A stretch of 32,000 nucleotides of DNA, from positions 1 through 32,000 of the forward strand of contig NZ_SNUY01000004.1 of assembly GCF_004376175.1 (NCBI RefSeq), in the 5' to 3' direction. This document shows positions 17,461-25,466 of this stretch, in pieces. A program made the position numbers and the translations under genes. Position 1 is the first letter of the stretch, and the number at the start of each line of letters is the position of its first letter. The notes under the pieces were generated by a model, which saw only the letters and a program-made list of their open reading frames with translations, did no database searches and was not told the origin of the DNA. The DNA is from Halalkalibacterium halodurans (GTDB lineage: Bacteria; Bacillota; Bacilli; Bacillales; Bacillaceae_D).

Positions 17461-17484
17461 GGGTATTCGGATTTCATGGTGGAA
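17461..17484. repeat. Terminal inverted repeat of the ISL3-family element (end adjacent to the transposase stop)
   Basis: GGGTATTCGGATTTCATGGTGGAA compared with the rc of 21227-21250, GGGTCTTCGGAATATATAGTGGAA, is identical at 19 of 24 positions. It ends 6 nt before the tnp stop codon at 17491-17493. Confidence 0.8.
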
Positions 17485-17490
17485 AAGGGC

Positions 17491-18822
17491 TTATAAATCA
17501 CCCTTCTCCAAATTCTTAATAAGTGTGGAAAAATCGACACCAAAGTTGTCTGTAATGTCGTGATCATTCACTTCATACCAATTGAAAGTATCGTATAACA
17601 TAGCTTTATTGAAAGCACTTGAATTAAATCGTGGCTTACGCTTTTTATGGAGCTTCTCATTGAAAAGGATTTTGGCTCGTAAGGCATCAAACGAGTAACC
17701 TCTACCCATTCGCTCTACCTGCCTAATAATGCTGTTAATTGACTCCGTATAAGCATTAGTGAGCCTTTTATCAAAGTAGTTGAATATTTCGACATGCCAG
17801 TTGTCTACGGCTCTCACGAGGTCTTTATATGCGTCTTTAGAGTTGCTGGACATACAACGGTGTCTCCATTGACTATAACGAAGATGACCTTCATCTGGAT
17901 CAGGAGTATCCCATATCCAGTAAAACTCTTCTTTGAGTTCATAGGCTTCTTTTAAAGCAGGAAGATTACCTAACCAAGTATCTAAGAGGAATGATTCACG
18001 TTCATTTAGATCGTGTTTACGCTTTAGAAGGATAAACCTTTCACGCATAAGGGTACGTCTTTCTTTTTGGCTCATATGGGCTTTCAAAGACTTTCTGACG
18101 TTATCTAAGGCTTGATTAGCCATTCTAACTACATGAAACTTATCTACGACAACTTTAGCGTGTGGAAGGATAGTGTTCACTGCGTCTTTGTAGGGCTTCC
18201 ACATATCCATTGTGACGTACTCAATGTAAGTCCTGTCACTGATTTCTGAAAGACGTTGGATGACTGTTTCCTTGTTACGGTTAGGCTTGATGTCATAAAT
18301 AGTCCTGCGTTCAATATTAGTCAATACAAGCCGAGGTCTACGGATAATATGTATCTCGTCTATCCCAAGCCACTTAGGAGTTTCAAACTGGTATTCACGT
18401 TCTTTGAGTGCCACATAGTCCTTAAAAACGTTCCTAATGGTTTTCTCGTCAACACCAACGCTTTCTGCGACTTCTACAAAGGTCTTAGACATGGATTGCT
18501 CTTGAATGGACTTTAAAAGCCTTTTGGTCATACTACGCTTTTCATCTACAGATATTAGGCGTTCCCAGAAGGTAGATCCGCATTCACGACACTTGTATCG
18601 TCTACGGTTCAATTGTAAGCCCACTCGCTTTAAACGAATGGGCAAATCCATAATTAGTTGATTTCTTGAACTGTGTTTGTACAACTTGTCAAAACCACAT
18701 TCAGGACAACGTTCAGGTGGTCCGACTGCTTCAACTTTAAACATCATATCGGTTTCATTTTCTTGTGGCGGTTCTATTGTTTTAATGTATGGTAGGGATA
18801 ATAAGTCTGACATATTATTCAT
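17491..18822 (-). CDS. ISL3-family DDE transposase
   Basis: 443 aa with an N-terminal zinc-finger pair (CPECG..18 aa..; CRECG) and a DDE_Tnp_ISL3-like body (..LGIDEIHI.., ..VTMDMWKPY.., ..DKFHVVR.., ..TNAYTESINSIIR..). Confidence 0.9.
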   Translation of the reverse strand: MNNMSDLLSLPYIKTIEPPQENETDMMFKVEAVGPPERCPECGFDKLYKHSSRNQLIMDLPIRLKRVGLQLNRRRYKCRECGSTFWERLISVDEKRSMTKRLLKSIQEQSMSKTFVEVAESVGVDEKTIRNVFKDYVALKEREYQFETPKWLGIDEIHIIRRPRLVLTNIERRTIYDIKPNRNKETVIQRLSEISDRTYIEYVTMDMWKPYKDAVNTILPHAKVVVDKFHVVRMANQALDNVRKSLKAHMSQKERRTLMRERFILLKRKHDLNERESFLLDTWLGNLPALKEAYELKEEFYWIWDTPDPDEGHLRYSQWRHRCMSSNSKDAYKDLVRAVDNWHVEIFNYFDKRLTNAYTESINSIIRQVERMGRGYSFDALRAKILFNEKLHKKRKPRFNSSAFNKAMLYDTFNWYEVNDHDITDNFGVDFSTLIKNLEKGDL

Positions 18823-18972
18823 CCTTTATTACTCTGCGGTGTTAAGGTATCAATTATAGATTTGATGTCGAAATCATCAGTGTTAAATTATTTTTGTGAC
18901 CACAAATGCACTTAGAAAATCCCTTAAAGCATTAGCTGGTTCACTTGAATAGGGAGTTGTAAAAAAGTTCCC

Positions 18973-20613
18973 TTAGCCTGCACAACAAGATAATTTCGAA
19001 ATATCTTTATCGAACGTAAGTGCAGCTAATTTTAGCCCTTCAGCCATTGTTAAATATGGTGCTAGGGTTTCTGTTAAATCTTCTATCGTTAAGCCAAATT
19101 TAACAGCTAATGATGCTGCATAGATGACATCTCCTGCATTCTCAGATACAATATGAACCCCTAATACTTTTAGTGTTTCTGCATCTGCTACTAGTTTAAA
19201 TACACCGGTTGTTTCACGGTTTACAATTGCTCTTGGAACAGCATCTAAAGGTAATACAGATGTCTTCACATCATACCCTTTCTCTTTTGCTTGTTCTTCT
19301 GTTAAACCAACCGTTGCAACCGTCGGATTCGTAAACGTAACAGCAGGAACTACCGATAAATCTATTTTTTTGTTTAATCCACCAATAGCATTATCAGTAA
19401 TAATTCCACCTTCATAGGCTGCTACATATACAAATTGTGGTCCTAAAGTCACATCTCCTGCTGCATAAATCTTTTCATTACTTGTTTGACCAAAATCATT
19501 GATCAGGATTTCATTATTTTTTCCAGTTTCAACACCTGCTGCACTTAAATTTAAAGAATCCGTATTTGGTTTTCTTCCAGTGGCAACAAGTAACTGATCT
19601 GATTCAATGACTTCTCTACTGCCATTTACTGTTACGTAAACCCTTTTTATCTCTCCACTTTGTTCAACACGCTCAAAAGTTGCCCCTTTGACAAGGTTTA
19701 TACCCTGTTCAATTAACGCTTTTTCAACTGACTCTGAAATCTCAGGATCATACTCCTTTAAAAGTCGCTCACTTCTTTGCATAAGCGTTATTTCTGAACC
19801 TAAATGATGAAATAGTTGTCCAAGCTCCATTCCAATGTATCCTGAACCAATTACAGTTAATCGTTTTGGTATTTTCTTTAACTCAAGAAGTGTTGTACTA
19901 GTTAAATAGTCCATTTTTTCAAGTCCTGAAATTTGGGGCAACGAAGGCGATGCACCTGTTGCAATTAAAAAGCGTTTTGCAGATAACTTTGCCCCATTGA
20001 CCTCAACCGTACTAGCATCAACGAATTTTGCTTCACCTTTAATTAAATCAAAATTATATTCATCAATTAAATCCATATATTTTTGATTCCGAAGTTCGCT
20101 CACCAATTTATCCTTTTGCGTGATTAAACTAGCTAAATCCACTTCTCCAGCGGATGTTTGTAAACCTATAAACGGATTGTCTTTTGATAAATGATTGATT
20201 TCCCCTGCCCTAAGAAGAGTTTTTGACGGAACACAGCCAATATTCACACAGGTTCCCCCAACCGTTCCACGCTCAATCATTCCAACTTTTGCACCGTATT
20301 CTATAGCTTTAATTGCCGAAGAAAAGGCAGCAGCACCAGAACCAATAATAAGAAGGTCATAATTGTCTTCATTAATTAACGCCACGTTTTCTAGTGATGA
20401 TACTTCTTCAATTTCTCCGGCTTGGTAATTTGCTTCATCAATCGCCTTTATTGCACTTTCAACCTCAATATCATCGGGCAGTTCAAATACTGCTTCACCA
20501 CGACGATAACTAGACTCAATATTTTTAGCACCTATCTTTTCAAGTGCTGATTCTACGTGTTTTTCACAACTCGTACAAGTCATTCCTGAAATGTTTACCT
20601 TAAATTTATTCAT
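18973..20613 (-). CDS. merA: Mercuric reductase with N-terminal HMA (NmerA) domain
   Basis: Shows GMTCTSC metal-binding motif, redox-active [13 protein letters not shown] and the C-terminal vicinal cysteines ..KLSCCAG. At 546 aa it matches Gram-positive MerA. SD AAAGGAG. Confidence 0.95.
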   Translation of the reverse strand: MNKFKVNISGMTCTSCEKHVESALEKIGAKNIESSYRRGEAVFELPDDIEVESAIKAIDEANYQAGEIEEVSSLENVALINEDNYDLLIIGSGAAAFSSAIKAIEYGAKVGMIERGTVGGTCVNIGCVPSKTLLRAGEINHLSKDNPFIGLQTSAGEVDLASLITQKDKLVSELRNQKYMDLIDEYNFDLIKGEAKFVDASTVEVNGAKLSAKRFLIATGASPSLPQISGLEKMDYLTSTTLLELKKIPKRLTVIGSGYIGMELGQLFHHLGSEITLMQRSERLLKEYDPEISESVEKALIEQGINLVKGATFERVEQSGEIKRVYVTVNGSREVIESDQLLVATGRKPNTDSLNLSAAGVETGKNNEILINDFGQTSNEKIYAAGDVTLGPQFVYVAAYEGGIITDNAIGGLNKKIDLSVVPAVTFTNPTVATVGLTEEQAKEKGYDVKTSVLPLDAVPRAIVNRETTGVFKLVADAETLKVLGVHIVSENAGDVIYAASLAVKFGLTIEDLTETLAPYLTMAEGLKLAALTFDKDISKLSCCAG

Positions 20614-20641
20614 AAAAAAGCTCCTTTCGTTAATTAATCTC

Positions 20642-21034
20642 TCATGTTAATGTTTCTATTATTGGACACGAATGTAATTGCTTTTCATCTGGACATCGTT
20701 GTTTTAAGTCGTCTAACATAGTTTCAATTCGTTTTAAATCCTCTATTTGTTTTTGCACTTCCTTTTGTTTTTTAGAAACAAATTCGAACATATCTTGACA
20801 ACGAACTTCATCTTTATCTACAACACCAAGTAATTTATAAATCTCGCTTAAAGAAAAACCAAGTTCCTGTATTCGTTTAATAAACCCAACACGCTTAACG
20901 TCATCATATGAATATATCCGATAACCAGCTTCCGTTCGGTGAGGTTCTTGTAATAAATTTTTTCGCTCGTAATATCTGATCGTTTCTTTATTAACTCCAC
21001 ATTTATCTGCAAACTCACTAATGCGATAAATCAT
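20642..21034 (-). CDS. merR: Hg(II)-responsive MerR-family transcriptional regulator
   Basis: N-terminal HTH ([24 protein letters not shown]) and three Cys at MerR-like spacing (..VRCQD.., ..[13 protein letters not shown]). It lies directly upstream of merA. Confidence 0.9.
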   Translation of the reverse strand: MIYRISEFADKCGVNKETIRYYERKNLLQEPHRTEAGYRIYSYDDVKRVGFIKRIQELGFSLSEIYKLLGVVDKDEVRCQDMFEFVSKKQKEVQKQIEDLKRIETMLDDLKQRCPDEKQLHSCPIIETLT

Positions 21035-21053
21035 CTTATTTCACCCCATGAAT

Positions 21054-21085
21054 ATTATAAACCGTGTACCATAGTACACGGTCAA
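21054..21085 (-). promoter_or_regulatory. mer promoter/operator: long-spacer promoter with a MerR dyad
   Basis: The minus strand reads TTGACC (rc of 21080-21085), a 20-nt spacer, then TATAAT (rc of 21054-21059). The spacer carries the perfect dyad ACCGTGTAC-CATA-GTACACGGT (21061-21082). An over-long 19-20 bp spacer is the hallmark of MerR-activated promoters. Confidence 0.75.
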
Positions 21086-21226
21086 GTGAATTGGACTATT
21101 TTATTTTTTTCCCAAAGTATCACTCGTATGTGATTGATACTTTTATATAATACTATTGATTATCCTAACATCCCACCAGAAAATCCGATTTAAACACCAG
21201 TTGTTTTTAAACTATTAAGAAAGTAA

Positions 21227-21250
21227 TTCCACTATATATTCCGAAGACCC
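21227..21250. repeat. Terminal inverted repeat of the ISL3-family element (end upstream of merR)
   Basis: The reverse complement GGGTCTTCGGAATATATAGTGGAA matches 17461-17484 at 19 of 24 positions. Confidence 0.8.
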
Positions 21251-21258
21251 TAAAAAAC
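21251..21258. repeat. Target-site duplication, right copy (TAAAAAAC)
   Basis: Identical to 17453-17460. It abuts the outer end of the right IR. Confidence 0.85.
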
Positions 21259-21281
21259 TAAAGGTGTGAGGTGACGATTTA

Positions 21282-23117
21282 GTGAAACCAATGCTTTTAC
21301 AGACGACGACCGATTTACCGACAGGCGATAACTGGCGCTATGAAGTGAAGTACGATGGGTTTCGTACGATCCTCTTTTGGACAAAGGAGACGATTCGCCT
21401 TGAGAGCAGAAATGAACGACTTTTGACCGATCAGTTTCCTGAAATACACGATTTTTGCCAACGAATTTCCAATAAAGTGGAAGCCTGGCTCCCTATAACG
21501 ATTGATGGTGAGCTTGTCCATCTTGTTAGCCCGTACCGAGCCCACTTTGCCCCGATTCAGACGCGATCGTTTATGCGTAAGCACGAAACGATTGCAGCTA
21601 GTAGCATTAAGACACCTGCTACTTTATTGGCGTTTGACATCCTTGAACTAAAAGGAAAAACGCTTGTAGACTTACCGTATGATGAACGAAAAAAACAACT
21701 TAAGGCCCTCCTAAAGGCGATCGATGTTCCGTTAGAACCAACGATCCAATCGAATGCGTGCTTGCAAATGATCCCAGCACAAACCGATGGTCAAGCCCTT
21801 TGGCAAGCCGTAGAGCTCCATCACGGGGAAGGAGTCGTCGCTAAGGATAGGTTCTCCGATTGGACAGAAGGAAAACGCACAAATCGCTGGTTAAAAAAGA
21901 AGAATTTTCGACAGGTGACCGTTTTTTTAACGGCCTATGATCCTGTGAACGGCTATTTTCATTTTGCTGTCTATCGGGATGGAACTAGCCTAGAGGTTGG
22001 AAATGTCACCCACGGTTTTGAGGATCACGAACGAGAAACACTCATTGCTTTTATGAAACAAAATGGAATGAAAAAAGGGAAAAGATATGTCCTTGAACCG
22101 TCCGTTTGCTTTGATGTAGATTGCATCGATTTTGATGGGAAACATTTGCGCGAACCGATGTTCCATCGATTCAGACTCGATGTCAAACCTGCACAATGCA
22201 CGTGGAAATCGCTGCAAAGACAGCTAGCCCCGCTGCCTCCACAAGTTGAGATAACTCATCCAGATAAGCCGCTTTGGCCGAGACAAATGATTCAAAAGAT
22301 CGATTATCTTTACTATTTGCAGGAGGTTGCGCCTGCGATGTTACCTTTTTTAAAAGATCGACCATTGACCGTCATCCGTTACCCTCACGGTGTACGAAGC
22401 AACACAGAGCGCGAGGCATTCTATCAAAAGAACTGCCCCGATTATGCCCCGTCGTTTGTTAAAACGGTTCGTTTAGACGAAATCCGTTATATTGTATGCA
22501 ATGATATTCAAACATTAGTTTGGCTCGGAAACCAGCTTGCACTTGAATTTCATATCCCTTATCACCCCGTTCCTTACACAAAGCCGAGTGAGATTGTTTT
22601 TGACTTAGACCCACCATCAATTAGTCAGTTTTCACTTGCTGTTAAGGCGGCTCAACTAATGAAAAACATGTTCGATGCCCTTAAATTACAATCATTTGTG
22701 AAAACATCGGGAGGAAAAGGGTTACAGCTCTACTTGCCACTCCCAGACAACACGTTCACCTATGACGATACTCGATTATTTTCGAAAACGGTTTGCGAGT
22801 TGCTTTGCAGCCAATTCCCTGAAGATTTCACGACCGAACGATTAAAAAAACACCGAGGACAGCGGCTCTATTTAGATTACTTACAGCACGATGAAGGAAA
22901 AACGATCGTCGCCCCCTTTTCTCCCCGAGGCAATGAAGGAGGATTTATCGCGACCCCTTTACGTTGGGAAGAAGTGACTAACACCTTATCTCCCGATCAA
23001 TTTCCGATGAAAGCTGTCCTAGAGCGGTACCGAAACGGCATTCAGCCTTTTGCAACCTTTGCCGAGGCAAAGAAAACTCAGCCTTTTGCCGACGTTTTAA
23101 AAAAATTCAAACGTTAA
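21282..23117 (+). CDS. ligD: ATP-dependent DNA ligase D (ligase plus polymerase/primase domains), NHEJ
   Basis: 611 aa. WRYEVKYDGFR contains the ligase KxDG motif. The C-terminal half (..RYPHGVRS..FYQKN.PDYAP.. LWLGNQLALEFH.. FDLDPP.. YLDYLQHDEGKTIVAPFSPRG) is collinear with B. subtilis YkoU. GTG start with SD GAGGTGA 7 nt upstream. Confidence 0.9.
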   Translation: MKPMLLQTTTDLPTGDNWRYEVKYDGFRTILFWTKETIRLESRNERLLTDQFPEIHDFCQRISNKVEAWLPITIDGELVHLVSPYRAHFAPIQTRSFMRKHETIAASSIKTPATLLAFDILELKGKTLVDLPYDERKKQLKALLKAIDVPLEPTIQSNACLQMIPAQTDGQALWQAVELHHGEGVVAKDRFSDWTEGKRTNRWLKKKNFRQVTVFLTAYDPVNGYFHFAVYRDGTSLEVGNVTHGFEDHERETLIAFMKQNGMKKGKRYVLEPSVCFDVDCIDFDGKHLREPMFHRFRLDVKPAQCTWKSLQRQLAPLPPQVEITHPDKPLWPRQMIQKIDYLYYLQEVAPAMLPFLKDRPLTVIRYPHGVRSNTEREAFYQKNCPDYAPSFVKTVRLDEIRYIVCNDIQTLVWLGNQLALEFHIPYHPVPYTKPSEIVFDLDPPSISQFSLAVKAAQLMKNMFDALKLQSFVKTSGGKGLQLYLPLPDNTFTYDDTRLFSKTVCELLCSQFPEDFTTERLKKHRGQRLYLDYLQHDEGKTIVAPFSPRGNEGGFIATPLRWEEVTNTLSPDQFPMKAVLERYRNGIQPFATFAEAKKTQPFADVLKKFKR

Positions 23118-23158
23118 TCGCTCGCAAAATGTTTCATCATGCGAGCGATTATTAAGTT
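23114..23158 (+). terminator. Rho-independent terminator of ligD
   Basis: TAATCGCTCGCA (23114-23125) and TGCGAGCGATTA (23139-23150) form a perfect 12-bp stem followed by a T-rich tail. Confidence 0.7.
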
Positions 23159-23352
23159 TACATAATGAAATTATGGTTTATTAATTTTAACAGGAACATT
23201 CGTTCTACATCTTTTGCTGTATGATGTCCAAGACGAATTTCGTAAGCAGCCTCGTTCTTGCTGACGATGAGCGAAAGAAAAAAACTTAATACACTAGCAT
23301 TGTAACGATGAGTTCACAGCTCACAGTCCTTACAATGAAAGGTGGATAAACG

Positions 23353-24087
23353 ATGAATGATACAAAAGTAGTGATGATAACTGGAGCATCAAAAGGGCTA
23401 GGAAAAGCATTAGCGCTCACATTTGCGAGAAACCATTGGTCCTTAGCCTTGTGTGCAAGAAATGAGCAGGCGCTAGAAGCTGTTAAACAAGAGGCGTTAG
23501 AATCCGGAGCTGAATCGGTTCTCGCCATCCAAGCAGATGGTGCAGTAGAAAAGGATATGGATCGATTCGTCTCTTTAACGGAATCAACGTTCGGACACAT
23601 TGACGTACTCATTGTCAATGCCTCCATTTTCGGCCCTGGGCCGGCATGGCTTCTCGATTATGATCTCTCTTCATTCCAAGACGTTTTGCTGACGAATGTC
23701 CTCCATTCGTTTATGATTACGAAACGTGTGCTACCAGGCATGCTTCAACGAAAGAAAGGAACCATTTTACATGTCACATCAGAGGCAGGAAAAACAGGCT
23801 TTGCCGAATGGGGGGCTTACGGGATTAGCAAATTTGCGCTGGAAGGCTTAGCTGAGACATGGGCTAATGAGCTAACGGAGACGGATATTGCTCTTAGCTG
23901 GATCGACCCTGGTGAAATGGATACAGACATGCACGCCATCGCTGTTCCTGATTGCGATTACCCTCTTGCAAAACCAGAAGATGTAGCAAATGTATTTTTC
24001 GCGATTGCTAGCCGAAAGCGAGAGGAAGTTCACGGCAAACGTTTTGAGGCGCAGGCATTGATGACAAAAGGAGGGGTAAGCTTATGA
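23353..24087 (+). CDS. Short-chain dehydrogenase/reductase, sepiapterin-reductase/YueD-like subgroup
   Basis: Shows TGASKGLG (cofactor site), NASI, YGISK (YxxxK) and a DPGEMDTDMH motif resembling the PGxxDTxM of the SPR/YueD group. SD AAAGGTGG. Confidence 0.85.
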   Translation: MNDTKVVMITGASKGLGKALALTFARNHWSLALCARNEQALEAVKQEALESGAESVLAIQADGAVEKDMDRFVSLTESTFGHIDVLIVNASIFGPGPAWLLDYDLSSFQDVLLTNVLHSFMITKRVLPGMLQRKKGTILHVTSEAGKTGFAEWGAYGISKFALEGLAETWANELTETDIALSWIDPGEMDTDMHAIAVPDCDYPLAKPEDVANVFFAIASRKREEVHGKRFEAQALMTKGGVSL

Positions 24088-25094
24088 ATCACGCACCGAC
24101 GTTCTCCATCCCTGATCATCTAAACGCAAGTGAACCGATTGAACGGCAAGGGAAACAGCGAAGTGATGTGAGAATGCTCGTTCTCGATCGAGACTCTCAC
24201 CGAACATTCCATGAGCCTTTTACGGCAATTGCGAACTATTTACAACAGGGGGATATCCTCGTCTTAAATCGAAGCCGTTCGATCCCTTCCCGATTAATCG
24301 GGTCGCTACACGGGGAAACCATTGAGCTCCGGCTGTCCCATGAACGGAGGGACGGCCTATGGGATGGATTAATTCTTAGTTCTAGTGAGCTACACGCCGG
24401 TGATAGGATCTTTTTATCTTCAAGTCTTTCGGCCACACTTATAGAGAAAGATGAACATACCCCATTATGGAGGGTGGCGTTTAGTAAAAGAGGCGCTCAA
24501 CTACTTGAATATGTTTATCGTTATGGAGAGCCGATCGGCTACGAGTATATTAAGAGCTCCCTTTCGATCCAAGACTATCAAACCGTCTACAGCTCCGCTC
24601 CTGGTTCTGTGGAAATGTGCTCTGCGGGAAGACCGTTTACGTGGCAGCTGCTAGCGCGCTTAAAACAAAAAGGTGTCCGCATCGCCTTTTTAGAGCTTCA
24701 TACTGGGTTAAGTTATTATGAAAACGACGTGTGGCCAGATCCTGCACACCATCCTGAACATTACCATATCCCGAAGGAAACAATCGAGGAGCTAAAGAAA
24801 GGAAAACGTATAATTGCCGTCGGAACAACGGTCGTCCGAGCATTAGAAACATACGCCCAAACAAATCGTTCACAAGGAACAACGACGCTATCCATTGATG
24901 CTGGCTATGAACTGCAGTTAGCAACTGGCCTATTGACAGGATTTCATGAGCCTCAGGCTAGCCACCTTCATATGCTAGCAGCCTTCGTCCAAGAACAAGA
25001 GCTATTTCGCGTGTACGAACAGGCGATCAGGCAAGGCTATCAATGGCATGAATTTGTGGACGTGAACTTCATTCTCCCGCTAGGAGATATGTGA
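24084..25094 (+). CDS. QueA-like protein (divergent paralog of S-adenosylmethionine:tRNA ribosyltransferase-isomerase)
   Basis: 336 aa. Shows VLDR...GDILVLNRSRSIPSRL, ..AVGTTVVRALE.., ..TGFHEPQASHLHMLAAF.., collinear with QueA (LVLNDTRVIPARL / AVGTT..R.LE / TNFHLP.STLLMLVSAF) but divergent at the C-terminus. The ATG overlaps the SDR stop (ATGA at 24084-24087). Confidence 0.75.
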   Translation: MNHAPTFSIPDHLNASEPIERQGKQRSDVRMLVLDRDSHRTFHEPFTAIANYLQQGDILVLNRSRSIPSRLIGSLHGETIELRLSHERRDGLWDGLILSSSELHAGDRIFLSSSLSATLIEKDEHTPLWRVAFSKRGAQLLEYVYRYGEPIGYEYIKSSLSIQDYQTVYSSAPGSVEMCSAGRPFTWQLLARLKQKGVRIAFLELHTGLSYYENDVWPDPAHHPEHYHIPKETIEELKKGKRIIAVGTTVVRALETYAQTNRSQGTTTLSIDAGYELQLATGLLTGFHEPQASHLHMLAAFVQEQELFRVYEQAIRQGYQWHEFVDVNFILPLGDM

Positions 25095-25441
25095 TGAACT
25101 GGGATCATGTCGGAATGGAAACAAGTCGCCTTGATGAGACACTGAAGTTTTATGAAACGTTCTTCAAGTTCGAAGAAGAACAAGCGATTACATTTCAAGA
25201 GGAGAACATCCTCTTCATCCGCCGAGGAGTCATCCGACTCGAATTAATTGAAAATCAGCAAGCCTCTCCCCCTTCTCAACAGCTTCATATATGCTGGCGA
25301 GTCCCTTCATTGAAAAAGGAAATGATTCGGCTTCAGAAGCTCGGCCTTTTACCAGTTGAGGGTCCCTTCGCCTTCGACCTGTTTAAAACGGTTTTCTACA
25401 AAGGCCCTAACAATGAAATCATTGGACTGATTCAAAGGTGA
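25094..25441 (+). CDS. VOC (glyoxalase/bleomycin-resistance/dioxygenase) family protein
   Basis: 115 aa, with N-terminal WDHVGMETSRLDETLKFYE typical of VOC modules. The ATG at 25094 shares its A with the QueA-like TGA (TGATG). SD GGAG at 25083-25086. Confidence 0.7.
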   Translation: MNWDHVGMETSRLDETLKFYETFFKFEEEQAITFQEENILFIRRGVIRLELIENQQASPPSQQLHICWRVPSLKKEMIRLQKLGLLPVEGPFAFDLFKTVFYKGPNNEIIGLIQR

Positions 25442-25459
25442 CACTCTGTCTCACCTTTG
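25433..25459. terminator. Hairpin between the convergent VOC and response-regulator genes
   Basis: CAAAGGTGA (25433-25441) and TCACCTTTG (25451-25459) form a perfect 9-bp stem that overlaps the VOC stop codon. Confidence 0.55.
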
Positions 25460-25466
25460 AATCAGG

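Larger units (their letters stand above)
17461..21250 (-). mobile_element. ISL3-family transposable element carrying merR-merA cargo (3,790 bp)
   Basis: Bounded by terminal IRs and a perfect 8-bp TSD. Contains tnp, merA and merR, all on the minus strand. It is visibly more A/T-rich than the flanks and interrupts the ku/ligD divergent spacer. Confidence 0.85.

Noticed and set aside
18908-18923. IR-like sequence upstream of tnp as the IS boundary (an IS containing only tnp)
   Set aside because: It matches the left IR only weakly (about 8-10 of 15) and has no flanking direct repeat. The pair 17461-17484 / 21227-21250, with its perfect 8-bp TSD, explains the element much better.
21172-21195. First-pass right boundary of the element at 21187
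   Set aside because: The flanking octamers differ (CGGGTATT vs ATTTAAAC), and the outermost GGGT bases are not conserved. This boundary was superseded by the terminal IR ending at 21250.
23159-23352. Possible preQ1 or other riboswitch upstream of the SDR-QueA-like operon
   Set aside because: I could not recognise the preQ1-I core (..CTAGCTACACCC..TAAAAAACTAA..) or any other conserved riboswitch motif by eye. This needs a covariance-model scan before anything is claimed.
23286-23627. 113-aa minus-strand ORF
   Set aside because: It is antisense to the 5' part of the SDR gene, and no SD is present.
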